64,000 nt of DNA from Eledone cirrhosa (lineage: Eukaryota). The position numbers were made by a program, and so were the translations under genes. The DNA lies in NCBI GenBank assembly GCA_964016885.1, contig OZ024742.1:273296001-273360000 (forward strand). Reading direction: 5' to 3'. Under the pieces are notes generated by a model that was given only the letters and a program-made list of their open reading frames with translations, had not been told where the DNA came from and made no database searches. Shown piece after piece: positions 44,100-59,080 of the stretch (position 1 is its first letter; the number at the start of each line of letters is the position of its first letter).

Positions 44100-44480
44100 T
44101 ATACACACACACCTAAATATACATACACATACATACATACATAGACATACATGTACATACATATACGTACATCGATATACATATATATATATACATACAC
44201 ACATAGACATATACATACATACACACACAACTTACATACACACATATATATACATGTATATTCATACATAGAATTAGAAATATAATCATACATACATATG
44301 CACTTACTTATACTGATATATACAAATACATACGCATCCATTTATGCGTATATACATAAAAAACACTACAACCTTACCTAACTCAGACATACAAATAAAA
44401 TATTAATAAAAAGGCATATGTATATACATACACACACGCATTAATAGAGATATATATATATACACATACACATATACATA

Positions 44481-44535
<55 letters not shown>

Positions 44536-44647
44536 ACTCATACATATACACATATATATATATATATATATATACAAAGATACCTACACATTCATACCAC
44601 CATAAATACACATACAAACACCCACATATACATATATATACACACAC

Positions 44648-44686
<39 letters not shown>

Positions 44687-44855
44687 AAAAACAGACATGC
44701 ACATATATATATATATTTTTCTACACTTATATATAGACATATTATATACATATACATAACTTCACTTATACACACATACACATAAGTTATATTATAATAA
44801 TAAAAAATAATATATATATATATATATATATAACATATATATATATATACATACC

Positions 44856-44897
<42 letters not shown>

Positions 44898-44957
44898 CAA
44901 ACACATACATACACATATACACACATATGAATATAGATATATATTCACACATAGACA

Positions 44958-45012
<55 letters not shown>

Positions 45013-45586
45013 ATATACACAGACACATATACACACTCACATATATATATATGTGTGCATGCACACACACATATATACATACATACACATATATACACAT
45101 AAACACATATATGTGCATACATGCACATACACACACATATATCACATAGATACGGAGATAGACATATAAATAGAGAGACATACATATATATACAACACAC
45201 ATACACACACATACATACACACGCATATACATATACATATATATATACATATATATATTCCTATATATACACATAACATATATATATACACATATATACA
45301 CATACATACACATATACGTACACACATTCACATACACATACATATATAGATGCATATATACACACATATACATACATACACACACTCATATATACACACA
45401 CAATCTTACATTCATATTTGCATGCACATATATGTATTTTTATATTTAGATATAAATACCCAAACCTATATAGACACCTACCTACATATATATTCATACA
45501 TAGACGCTTACAAATACAGATGATAATAGTATGGGGGAAAAGGGGGGGTTTGGAGAAGGGGATCAAAGTAAATATATGTTTCAAGA
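42213..45586 (-). repeat. Left arm (3.37 kb) of a giant inverted repeat, interpreted as a PLE-type 3' tail
   Basis: Near-identical reverse complement of 46644-50008. Confidence 0.97.
42267..42421 (-). ncRNA. Hammerhead ribozyme with extended stem II (family B), left copy
   Basis: Mirror of 49800-49954. Confidence 0.75.
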
Positions 45587-46073
45587 TGTTTTTATTACAG
45601 ATAATATGTTTAATATGTTTTTATTACAGATATGAATATAAAATATTATGTAATCATAAATTGTGAAAAACCTTTAAATATTACTAATATATACTTAGTA
45701 ATTTAATTTATAGATTAATTTTAATTTATTTAAACCCTTTATTATTTTTATTATAATTCTTTTACAGATAAAATATAACAAAATAATATCGTGTATCCAA
45801 TGACAGAGAAATAATTTTTAGTATTATTGACCTAATTAATATACATTTTAGAAATATATTTATAATTTGGTTTTAGTTTTAATCAACCTAAAAATTTAAT
45901 TTTAATTTGCTTAATATTAGTATCCTTATACAGACGAATTGCAGAATGTCATGTAATCATAGAATGCGATGTGTTTTGGATATATACCTAGTTAATATAT
46001 TCTATGCAATTTTTTGAAAAAGATATGTATATGTATATGTGTATGTGTATGTGTGTGTGTATGTATATGTATA

Positions 46074-46112
<39 letters not shown>

Positions 46113-46643
46113 GTGTATATGTGTATGTGTATGTATATGTATATGTATGCGTATTAATTTTGATTTCTATTTGCATATAATTATATTATGCTATTGATGA
46201 AATACAATATCTGCTTTATGTATTGTATACCTAATTAACATATACTATAGAAATAAATATATAATTTTTAATTTAGTTAACCTATAATTTATATTCTACT
46301 ACCGATGTACTACTTTATTTTATTTGTTTTTTCCCTATTACTAATTTCATTTCCTAATATTGATACCATAACGTTATTAACTTTAATTTAGTTATACTGT
46401 AATTAATACTCTACTACTATTTAACTTCAAAATTCTGCTTCAAATATTATAAACCTAACTAATTTACACCTTAGAAATCAATATGTTAACTATCTTTGGT
46501 TTAGTTAACATATAGTTAATGGTATACTTGTTTATTTTGAGATGCATAGATTTTGCCTTAGTTTTTATTTGTTGTATTTTATAACACTGAAAATATGTAA
46601 AAAAAACATACATTGGATAAAGATACGGAAAATTTTCTATGTT

Positions 46644-47214
46644 TCTTGAAACATATATTTACTTTGATCCCCTTCTCCAAACCCCCCCTTTTCCCCCATA
46701 ATATTATCATCTGTATTTGTAAGCGTCTATGTATGAATATATATGTAGGTAGGTGTCTATATAGGTTTGGGTATTTATATCTAAATATAAAAATACATAT
46801 ATGTGCATGCAAATATGAATGTAAGATTGTGTGTGTATATATGAGTGTGTGTATGTATGTATATGTGTGTATATATGCATCTATATATGTATGTGTATGT
46901 GAATGTGTGTACGTATATGTGTATGTATGTGTATATATGTGTATATATATATGTTATGTGTATATATAGGAATATATATATGTATATATATATGTATATG
47001 TATATGCGTGTGTATGTATGTGTGTGTATGTGTGTTGTATATATATGTATGTCTCTCTATTTATATGTCTATCTCCGTATCTATGTGATATATGTGTGTG
47101 TATGTGCATGTATGCACATATATGTGTTTATGTGTATATATGTGTATGTATGTATATATGTGTGTGTGCATGCAGATATATATATGTGAGTGTGTATATG
47201 TGTCTGTGTATATG

Positions 47215-47274
<60 letters not shown>

Positions 47275-47334
47275 TGTCTATGTGTGAATATATATCTATA
47301 TTCATATGTGTGTATATGTGTATGTATGTGTTTG

Positions 47335-47376
<42 letters not shown>

Positions 47377-47543
47377 GGTATGTATATATATATATATGTT
47401 ATATATATATATATATATATTATTTTTTATTATTATAATATAACTTATGTGTATGTGTGTATAAGTGAAGTTATGTATATGTATATAATATGTCTATATA
47501 TAAGTGTAGAAAAATATATATATATATGTGCATGTCTGTTTTT

Positions 47544-47582
<39 letters not shown>

Positions 47583-47694
47583 GTGTGTGTATATATATGT
47601 ATATGTGGGTGTTTGTATGTGTATTTATGGTGGTATGAATGTGTAGGTATCTTTGTATATATATATATATATATATATGTGTATATGTATGAGT

Positions 47695-47747
<53 letters not shown>

Positions 47748-48128
47748 TATGTATATGTGTATGTGTATATATATATATCTCTATTAATGCGTGTGTGTAT
47801 GTATATACATATGCCTTTTTATTAATATTTTATTTGTATGTCTGAGTTAGGTAAGGTTGTAGTGTTTTTTATGTATATACGCATAAATGGATGCGTATGT
47901 ATTTGTATATATGAGTATAAGTAAGTGCATATGTATGTATGATTATATTTCTAATTCTATGTATGAATATACATGTATATATATGTGTGTATGTAAGTTG
48001 TGTGTGTATGTATGTATATGTCTATGTGTGTATGTATATATATATATGTATATCGATGTACGTATATGTATGTACATGTATGTCTATGTATGTATGTATG
48101 TGTATGTATATTTAGGTGTGTGTGTATA

Positions 48129-48167
<39 letters not shown>

Positions 48168-48417
48168 ATATATATATATGTATATATCTTTATTATTTAT
48201 TTTTTATATATATGTGTATGTGTGTATGTGTTGCGTGTGTGTGTGTGTGTGTATATATATCTTTATATATGTGTATGTGTATGTTCGTGTAGATGTATAT
48301 GTGTGTATGACTTTATATGTATGTGTGTATGTATGTATGCGTATATATTTCTGTGTGTGTGTACATGTATGTATGTGTATATATCTGTATGTTTATGTAT
48401 GTGTATTTGTATGTGTA

Positions 48418-48461
<44 letters not shown>

Positions 48462-48486
48462 ATATATATATATATATGTATATGTA

Positions 48487-48531
<45 letters not shown>

Positions 48532-49099
48532 GTTTTTCTATTTGTATATGTATGTGTGTATAGGTATATACCTTTCTCTTTGTATTTCTATGTTGTGTGA
48601 TAGTGTAGTTGGTGTTAGTATGGATATACCGATATATAGATGCGTAAGTATTTGTCTGTATGTATATATGTAAATCTGTATATATTTGTGTGTATATATA
48701 GCTATGTATGTGTATATCTGTATGTATATTAGTATGTAAGTGTTGTATATTTGCATGTATGTGTGTGGTTATATATATCTGTGTCTGTATAGTATGTGTG
48801 ATTATATGTATATGTGTGTGTATATGTACGTGTATATGCATATGTATGTATATATATGTGTATATATATATATATATATATGTGTGTATATATATATGTA
48901 TGTGTATTTGTATGTATATGTGTATATGTATGTATGTGTGTATATGTATATGTTTATATATGTGTGTGTATGTATGTTCTTAGTGTGGATGTGTGTATAT
49001 GTATGTATGTATTTATATATGTGTGTATATTTATGTATGGATGTGTAAGTGTCTATGTGTGTATATATATGTATGTTTTTTTATATATATATATATGTG

Positions 49100-49142
<43 letters not shown>

Positions 49143-49999
49143 ATGTATGTGTATATGTGTATATTTATTTTCTTGATATATTTCTTTTTTCTTTTTTCTT
49201 TTTTCTTTTTTCTGTTCTTCTTTCTATTCTTTCCTCCTTAATGTTTTATTTATTATGTTTTATTTGTTTTATTTTTCTTAGTTTATAGATACATTTATAT
49301 TAGGCAGTCTGTTCAGACCGTTGAATACTGACCCCCCCCCCTCCCACCTAATTTCTGTATCTTGATCTGAAAATGTGTATGCCAGTGTTTTATGTGAGTG
49401 AATTAATATCCATGTGCTTATGATTTTATATCCACATATATAAATGTGAGTGGGGGTGTGTGTGTGTTTGTATGTTCGTGGTTATGTGTATATTTATGCA
49501 TATACGCGCGTGTATGTGTGATTGTACGGATATATGTGAGTATGAAAAAATATATTTATATACTTAACTTCATAAGTGTCAATAACTCACAGAGACATTA
49601 ACCTTGAAATTTTGTATTTGCATCCATCCTTTTAGTATGCGTATACAATTTATACATACATTTTTGTAAAATATGTGTAAGGGTTTTACATGTATATACA
49701 CACACCGAACTGCATTTAACCCTTTGTGTTTTCATTGGTCAATTTTTGTTCCCAAACGGACCTGAAATTTTGAATTGTTGTTATTATCAATAAATATACT
49801 TCATTATTTCTGAAGACGGCGTATATATGTGTTTGGTATGTATATTTAATCTTGATAATTTGTATAATTTTGTATAATTTTGTACATAGATCTGTTGAAT
49901 ATGCATACCAATTCTAACACATATATATCCTAGAAACGATCGTTAAATAATGAACCTTTTTTGTTTAATATAAGAAATTGTTTATTCATTATTTGTTTA

Positions 50000-50008
<9 letters not shown>
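46644..50008 (+). repeat. Right arm (3.37 kb) of the giant inverted repeat, ending in (TA)n
   Basis: Differs from the left arm by a few substitutions and by microsatellite lengths. Confidence 0.97.
49800..49954 (+). ncRNA. Hammerhead ribozyme with extended stem II (family B), right copy
   Basis: 10-bp stem I ttcattattt/aaataatgaa. CUGAAGA at 49810-49816. Stem II helices tatatatgtgtt/aacacatatata and tggtatg/catacca. GAAAC-gatc-GUU with palindromic AACGATCGTT. Confidence 0.78.
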
Positions 50009-50057
<49 letters not shown>

Positions 50058-50170
50058 CATATACATATATATGTTAATATATATATATAGTTGTGTATAG
50101 TGGTAGCTATGGTGCTTCCATAGGCGGTATGTCAACATTAGCACTCGATATTCATCAGAGTAGAGTGTAG

Positions 50171-50915
50171 ATATTATAAAGGAAACGAAAAATCAGTGAT
50201 GCATCTCGACTTAGTTTATTTCGCGTTACAAATGTTTCGCCGGCATGTAGCTCGTGTTATGGTCCTTGTATGGATTTGGCTGATTCTACTTCTGCGGGTT
50301 CTTTCAGACACGGGTGTTACGTCCGGAGAGAATTTTTTCACTGGGGTGTTATCATCAAAACACACCCTCAAAAAAACCCATTACCACTCTTGTCATGCCA
50401 TTGGCTATTTTTCTCCACTTCATCACAAGTACTGGTCAGTATCTCCTGCCACGCGGTTCATCAACCATTTTCCGTCCGACACATTTCAATGGAGTCATGC
50501 TGGGTTACGTACTTCACACGTCTGCTCACACTTCAGAGTAAGCACCCACACATACTAAAATACACACATACACACACACACATGCAGACACATACGTATC
50601 TATGTATACACACACGTACGCCTACATGCGCAGACACACACACCTCCACATACATACATCAAAGTATATATACGCACACACCCTCTCTCCCTCACTTCCA
50701 CGGACCCATTCACACCCACTTGTTGATACATAACATATCGCCACAAGCCTTCTGACGGCTGCTCACCTCCCGCCCTAGACCAGTTGGGACAAGCATATCC
50801 TACTCCAACATATACATATATACATACATACGCGCGCACATATACATACGCCCAAACTTCTATAGATTTATACATATATATATATATATATATACACACT
50901 CATACACGCACATAT

Positions 50916-50946
<31 letters not shown>

Positions 50947-51297
50947 CACACATGTGTATACACGTATTTATATATATACACACATATACATACATACACA
51001 CATATATATATAAATGTATACTCACACATACAAATAAACATACGTACATAAACATTACCTACACACGTACAAACACACACACAGTTATATATATATATTT
51101 ATATATATATACACATATATTCACACAAGCGAAAAGAGACAACTTAACATGCACCCGTGTCTGAAAGAACCCGCAGAAGTAGAATCGGCCAGATCCATAC
51201 AAGGAACATGACTCGAGCTACATACCGGCGAAACATTTGTAACACGAAATAAACTTAGTCCAGATGCATCACTGATTTTTCGTTTTCTTTATAATAT
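50171..51297 (+). mobile_element. PLE 3' fragment (family C) with an inverted pseudo-LTR copy at its 5' side
   Basis: 50171-50316 is the reverse complement of 51152-51297. The interior has a weak EN-tail-like remnant and a CA-rich tract. Ends in (TA)n. Confidence 0.8.
51156..51246 (+). ncRNA. Variant hammerhead (family C); mirror copy at 50222-50312 on the minus strand
   Basis: Stem I cgtgt/acacg, CUGAAAGA, 61-nt stem II region, GAAAC-attt-GUA. Confidence 0.6.
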
Positions 51298-51313
51298 ATA
51301 TATATATATATAT

Positions 51314-54300
51314 GTACGATATTAAACAAATGGAAACTACATTTATAAAACCATATTTATTTTATTATATATATTTCAGGGATATCATATTAAAAATATG
51401 GTATGCCCTCTTCAGACAAAATACAATATATAGACAGTTTTATAAATAAATTTGACATACCTGAGAATTTACAACTTCCATTTAAAAAGTTGTTACGTTA
51501 GTGAAAATGTTAAGGACGGTTAGAAAGAAAGACGGAGAAAAAAGGAAAAAAGAAAAAAAGAAAAAGAAGGAGAAAAGAAAAAGAAAGAGCGGAAGGTGAA
51601 GAAGATGAAGAAATGTATGTAAAGAGAAAACCACCAAATGAGAGATCTATGAGGGAAGGGGGTACTGTAATTATTCATTTATTTATTTATTTATTTAGTG
51701 TTAAGGATACGGGGAGAAATAAAAATAAAAATAAATAAGGAGAGGTAGATCGAGTGATATCTATTATACGAGGTGGGAGAGATAGGGGAGGGGTGATATA
51801 CAGGAGATAGAGTTAAAATTGCCGATATAAGAGTAGAGGGAGGATGAGAGGAGATATACTTAGAAACAAAAATGATAGTTTTAAAATATTATGTTTCATC
51901 AGTCTATCAATTCCTATGAATTATAATGTAAACATCAATATTCATGAATGAGACACATATCAATAATGTGTGAAAAAAATAATGACTATATGTTTAGTTT
52001 AAAAATTCATAGGTTTATAATCAAAATCTGAGATAAAACCTAAAAAAATACTGGAATACATAAGTATATATGTATTTTCATGAAAAAAGAGAAAAGAGAA
52101 AGAAGAAGAGAAGGTTATCTCAAATTGACATTATAGACACATGTGAGTTTACATGATCAGCTCTGTAAATTTTTATTTCACATGGAAATCTTCATTGAGT
52201 TAAAAAGATGTTACCATACACATAAGTGTACATACATATATATATACATAAAATATACATTATTAATAATAATAATATTCATGCCCTTTCTTACATGATT
52301 ATCGTACAAGCATAGAATAGAACAGATATCAATATATTAAAATATTAAAAACGCCAAGAATAGTTTCCTCCCCAGAATATCTAGGGCCGTTATAAAAACA
52401 CAGTGTGCCCAGCATATCAATCAATCCCTCCAATTTATTTGACAATACTGCCAAGTTTATTAGAAGCAATCAGAGTCAAAAGCAAACAAAACCAAAATTA
52501 TTGACCAAACTATTTAACAGAAATCATTCAAAAAAAACTTTAGGATACTCGGTTGTTCTACAGATGCTCTTATATTTATTATAGAAGTTTATCTAGCTTA
52601 AAAATGTTATTCAATAGATTTGGATCATCACCGTTTTAAGGTAGTTTAATTACATTATTAATTATATATTCATGAAGAAGGTTTAAGGAATTGAAGGAAT
52701 CGAAAGATTTATCGCCAAGTTTTCTAAAATAATTAAAAGTCTTAAGTAAATATACTACATTTTAAACTTATATTTATATTTAAAAGTTGAGTTCAATCTA
52801 TGTCTGCAGCAACTGAATAAATTGGTCCGTAAATTAAGGGAAGTTTTAGATTTTAGTATAAAGAATATCTCCTCCGCGCAGAGGTCACATGTCTCAGAGG
52901 AGGAGTTAAAAGGAATCCCTCTTGAGACTATATTCCAAACCGTCGAATATCCAACGTTATCATGTTTAAGTTGCCAGAGTAAGCCTGATAGTGATGTTGA
53001 AGATTTTTTGTTTGGATCTGTGAAAGAATTCTTGTGATTATTATAGCGAAGTTTAAATTCTGTCGAGGTGGAACCAACATAATTAAAAGAATTTAAGTCA
53101 GTTTTAACATTACAGTTGTATATTATAGTTTTAACTAAGCAATTGTTATATAACGGGCATTTAGATCTATCTCTACAGTTACAGTTGTTTACTTGAATAT
53201 TGTTTATGCTATTATCGGTATTTTGGCTAGGTTTTAGATTCCTATTATTTATTCTATTAATATTTTGTGCTAAATTTTTGGTGGACGAGTAGGTTAATTT
53301 TATAGTATGTCTATTGAAAATTGAGTGATACTTATGTGTTCTAGGGAATCGTTTGTCAAGAGCATTAAAAAATAATTTAGCGATGTGGGTTTTAATGTTT
53401 AGTGAGAAAGGGGGGGGGGGGCAAACCAAATTATGTTTCCAGTTCTATTTCTTTTCTGGTTTTTGGAATTATTGTAATTCTTTCTATTATAGTTGTTAAA
53501 GTTGTTACCGTAATTAAAATTGTTGTTATTTTGGTTAGTTTGATATTATTATCGATGTACATAATTTTATCATTATATCCTGCTCTAGCTAACGCTTCAT
53601 TGTAATAGTGGGCTTTTTGGTCGAAAATATTTTTATTAGATGAGATTCTAGAGATACGTTTTTGAACAGAGTTCACTATAGTATTTTTAACAGATCTGGG
53701 GTGGTTGGAGTTAAAGTTGACATAATTCAAGTTTTCATTTAACTTGTGAAATGGATAATGAAGACATGTGTTGAGATTTAATGTTACATCTAGGAAATTG
53801 ACTGTTCTATGGTTATTCTCAATTTCTATTTTTAGATTAAGGTAATTAAAAAATTGTATAATTTGTTTTCTTTTTCTATTTAGTTCAGAGTTATTATTTT
53901 CAATAAGTAAAAGCATGTCATCTCGATATAATCCTCCGGTAGCACCGGGTATTTTCCTATGCAGCGAATTAATTATGAATAGGCCCACAAGGTCTGTTAC
54001 CTGAGCTGAGTCAGATGATCCCATAGTAATGTCAAAATTGCTATCCCTATCTGCCCTAGTCCATAGTTGGTTATTAAATTCTATCAATGTTTTTCTTGCC
54101 GATAGTATAATGTGCATTTCATTGCTAGTTAGGTCTGTATGTTTGAATGCATAATTTAGTGCCTTATTTAGCAGGTTAGGGGTAATAGATGAATAGTAGT
54201 TAGCAATATCTAGTTGAATAAATTTATTATTATTGTTATATTTAATATCTTTAAACCACTCAATAACCTCTCCAGTTCCCTTCCACAAGCTTAAGTTAGG

Positions 54301-54470
54301 TGAACAATTCAAGTTCTTAATTTGCTGTATCACCCTGTCTAGAATGTTTTTGCTAAGTTTACCCAGGTCAGATTTTGAAGGTGCAATCAATCTGATTGGC
54401 AAGTCGTTTTCAAAATTTCTTTTGTGATCTTTCATATTGATCTTGGGTTTCCTGGGCATGAAAGGTTGTG
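51314..54470 (-). mobile_element. Penelope-like element family D, 5'-truncated: RT (YRDD type), GIY-YIG and 1.4-kb 3' tail with HHR
   Basis: [41 protein letters not shown] and IIYNC..YVGST..FKLRYNNH. Frameshift at a G run near 53410-53421. Confidence 0.95.
51358..51423 (-). ncRNA. Type-I hammerhead ribozyme (family D)
   Basis: Minus strand reads tattttgt-CUGAAGA-ggg..catatt-ttt-aatatg..ccc-u-GAAA-u-auau-AUA-ataaaata. Palindromic stem III, AUA triplet. Confidence 0.8.
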
Positions 54471-54489
54471 TTTTGTTCTCAATATACGT

Positions 54490-55118
<629 letters not shown>

Positions 55119-55371
55119 TGAGTGTATAAATATAAATTCAGCGAGAATCGCATTTCTACGGGTAGAAAAAGCGAAACGAAGCGCAAAAATCAGAATTATG
55201 CTGGCAAGCGCTTCATAGTTAAAAACCCAGAGCTAAATAATGTTAACACGCCATACAAATCTGAAAAAGTGATCAAGAAACCATCATCCACCTAAGTGAA
55301 AAATCAAAACAAGATGATCAGGTCAAAACAAAATAAAGGCTAAAAAACATATATATATATTTGTATATATA

Positions 55372-55459
<88 letters not shown>

Positions 55460-55554
55460 GTGTAATGAGTTCAAATGTCAAGCATTTCTTTACAATGAAA
55501 ATAGCTCAAAGAAAAGAATATTTCTGAGCCGTGTAATAAATATAAATCAATATG

Positions 55555-56179
55555 TATGATGAAACACAGATATCAACATATATTTGTGTTTATATTGCAA
55601 AAGGAATAAGTTAGCTAGATTGAAATATACTAATTATAATATTACAGCCTGCCTACATCGATTTAAAATAATAAATCAACGCAAACAAGCAGTATTGGCA
55701 AATGGCTATGGTGTTTAGACAAATTTAAATTTCAAAATCAAACCTGTTCCGTTGGTAAGTTTAAACTTTAAAATCCAAATATGTTTCGAGGTAAATAAGT
55801 GTAAGGATATCAAGTCCTGCTCTCTTCAGTAATCACCCATTACACTTAATAAAATTGCTCCAAAATTATTTGGAAGTGAAGCATATCAATTTGTCTTGGG
55901 TGTTTACTGAAGAGAGCAGGACTTGATATCCTTACACTTATTTACCTCGAAACATATTTGGATTTTAAAGTTTAAACTTACCTACGGAACAGGTTTGATT
56001 TTGAAATTTAAATTTGTCTAAACACCATAGCCATTTGCCAATACTGCTTGTTTGCGTTGATTTATTATTTCAAATCGATGTAGGCAGGCTATAATATTAT
56101 AATTAGTATATTTCATTCTAGCTAACTTATTCCTTTTGCAATATAAACAAAGATATGTTGGTATCTGTGTTTCATCATA
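55555..56179. mobile_element. ORF-less inverted pair of pseudo-LTR-like units (family E)
   Basis: Arms 55555-55839 and 55897-56179 with a 57-bp spacer. Each arm carries an outward-reading HHR motif. Confidence 0.85.
55902..55977 (+). ncRNA. Putative type-I hammerhead (family E); mirror copy at 55759-55834 on the minus strand
   Basis: Stem I gttta/taaac, CUGAAGA at 55907-55913, stem II gag/ctc, GAAAC..GUU with a 16-nt loop III. Confidence 0.6.
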
Positions 56180-56254
56180 TATATTTATTATATATATATA
56201 TATATAGTGTGTGTATATATATATAGTGTGTATATATATATATATATTCATTAA

Positions 56255-57955
56255 GTTAATGAACAATTAGAAGACAGCTTAACCCTGATAATGTACTCCC
56301 GCTACGTAGATGATATAAACATCGTAGTTAAGACACCCCCACTAAAGAACAGTCAGGAACTAGAGAAAAACACAATGGAAAGCATCCAGGAAATAGCAAA
56401 CTCCATCCAGCAGAGCATTAGAGTTACTATAAACTACCCAAGTAGACACCCCAACCATCGATTACCTGTACTAGACACAGAGCTCTGGTTAGATACTATT
56501 AACAACCAAAAACAAATCCTCCATTCCCATTATGCCAAACCCATGACTTCCAAACATCTGATCCACCGAAACTCGGCCATTTCGGACCATACCAAAATCA
56601 ACATACTGATTGCGGATTTGGTACGGGTGATGAGAAATGTGTCCCGCATGTGCAACCCCGAAGAACTAGAGAGACACATACAACACTTCATCCACCGTAT
56701 GCAGTTCTCTGGCTACAATCAGAGAGATAGAATCAGAGTGTATAAAGGAGCCAGAACCAAATGGGAAAAAATGGTAAATAATGACATAAATGGGACCTGC
56801 CACTTGTACAGGAGCAAATGTACAGGAGCAAATTTTGGAATAGAATAGAAAGAACTAAGAACAAGGTCAATAGAATAAACTCATGGTATGATAGCAATAA
56901 ATACCAGAGTGTAATGTTCATCAATACAACCCCTAGAGGCGAACTAGCCTACAAATTTAGAAGGGCCCTAAAGAAACATAATCTCAATATTAAGATAGTA
57001 GAAAGACCTGGTACCTCCGTAAAAAACACTTATTAGCAAGACATACCCGTTCCAAAGACCCTCATGTATAGATAAGAAATGTATAACCTGTAAGATAAGC
57101 CCCCATATTAACTGTAAAACTAGAAATGTAGTATATAGCATAAGATGTACTGAAGGACAATGTAGAAACAAAAATATAGCGTACATAGGTGAGACAGCTC
57201 GTAGTATAGGGGAACGAATAAATGAACACTGGCGAGACCTCCAAGATAGTAAAGAATCATCTGTGCTCTACCAACATGCTAAGATAGAACACAGGGGTAA
57301 ATTAGAGAGCATAGAAATAAAAATAGAATCCACACACAAGAAAGACGCAATGTTTAGGCAAATTACAGAGGCAGTAAGCATAACAGAATTAAAACCAAAA
57401 TTAAATAGAAAATATGAGTGGAACAGCAACATCACAACTTACAATTAAGGACAAAATGAAAACACACACACACATAGAACAAACAACTTACAATTGAAAA
57501 CACACACAAAATGAAAACACACACAAGACAAAATGAAAACACACACACACATAGAACAAACAACCAACCAACAATAAATAAATAAATAAACAAACAAATA
57601 GAAAAAAATATAAATAGAAAAATAGAAAAATGAACACAAACACACACAGACACCCGGATGTGGCGCATGCGCAAACTGAGCACGCAACCCACACACAAAC
57701 AAAATGGCGTAGGATAGAAGAAAGGAAAGGCACAGAAACGAAGAAAGAAATCCCCAGTCACTGAAGAGGTCACAGAGTGTGTGACGAAAGAACTATGACT
57801 ATATATAAACAAATATCTGGTTGTGGAACCAACCAACCAACCAGAAATTTATAAATTTGTAAATTTATAAATATATAATAAATTAAATTGAAGTGAAAGC
57901 AACTGGTGCGTGTGTTTCTTATTGGCAACATGACCCTCCCAAAGTATAACAATAT
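56255..57955 (+). mobile_element. Penelope-like element family A, second coding copy, 5'-truncated just before RYVDD
   Basis: Highly similar to about 34835-36402. Frameshifts from a 14-bp duplication (tgtacaggagcaaa, about 56805-56832) and an extra A near 57021. Flanked by (TA)n. Confidence 0.97.
57756..57800 (+). ncRNA. Minimal type-I hammerhead ribozyme (family A)
   Basis: Identical to 36210-36254. Confidence 0.8.
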
Positions 57956-57958
57956 ACT

Positions 57959-57995
<37 letters not shown>

Positions 57996-58759
57996 TGAGC
58001 GAGAGAGAGAGAGACATAGATATATTTAATTTCAATACATAGAGCACTATATGTGTGTGTGTGTGTGTTTGTGCGTATAGTGTGGGTAATACAATGAAAT
58101 ACTGGTGTTGGTAACCTATCAAGCACCCTATGCACATGCAGTGTGTATATAACAGTGAAAAAAAACAAGGAACTTTTGTTTGCATATAAAATATATTCTT
58201 TGTGTATCAACTTGTAACGCATATTTCGCAGAGGATTGGCTCTATTTTCATCACATCACCACTTTGAGTAGTATATCGAACGTGGAGTCGGGTCTATAAC
58301 TCTTATGAGCTACCTTGAGGCTAGTTTCTGTAAAACGCGTGTTAAAGATTAATACACAATAAATATATTTTATGTGCATACGAAACTTTTCCTCTTTTTC
58401 TATAATATGTGTATATATGTATATATAAATTGTTGTGTGTGCTTTTATTTGTGTAGCAACACACCCAGCCACACACGCACACACACATACACACATATAC
58501 ACACACACACTAACACACACACACACACATACACATATATATATGTGTATATATATATATAAAGATGTATATGACGAATGGTTGATGTCATTTATTTCCA
58601 TATACTGTTCAAACTAGTACAACCTTGGGTAAAATTCAACGTATCAATTAGATGTTTTTACCATCAATATGCCAAATATGGAACTGAAAAGAAATCCAAT
58701 AAACATAAAGATGGCACCAGTAATAATAACATCGCTAGTAAGAACGACAACAACTCCAA

Positions 58760-59080
<321 letters not shown>

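Noticed and set aside
45587-46643. Transposase or intact RT in the spacer of the giant palindrome
   Set aside because: No ORF; only faint PLE-like patches (HSAIRL on the minus strand near 45940), too weak to call.
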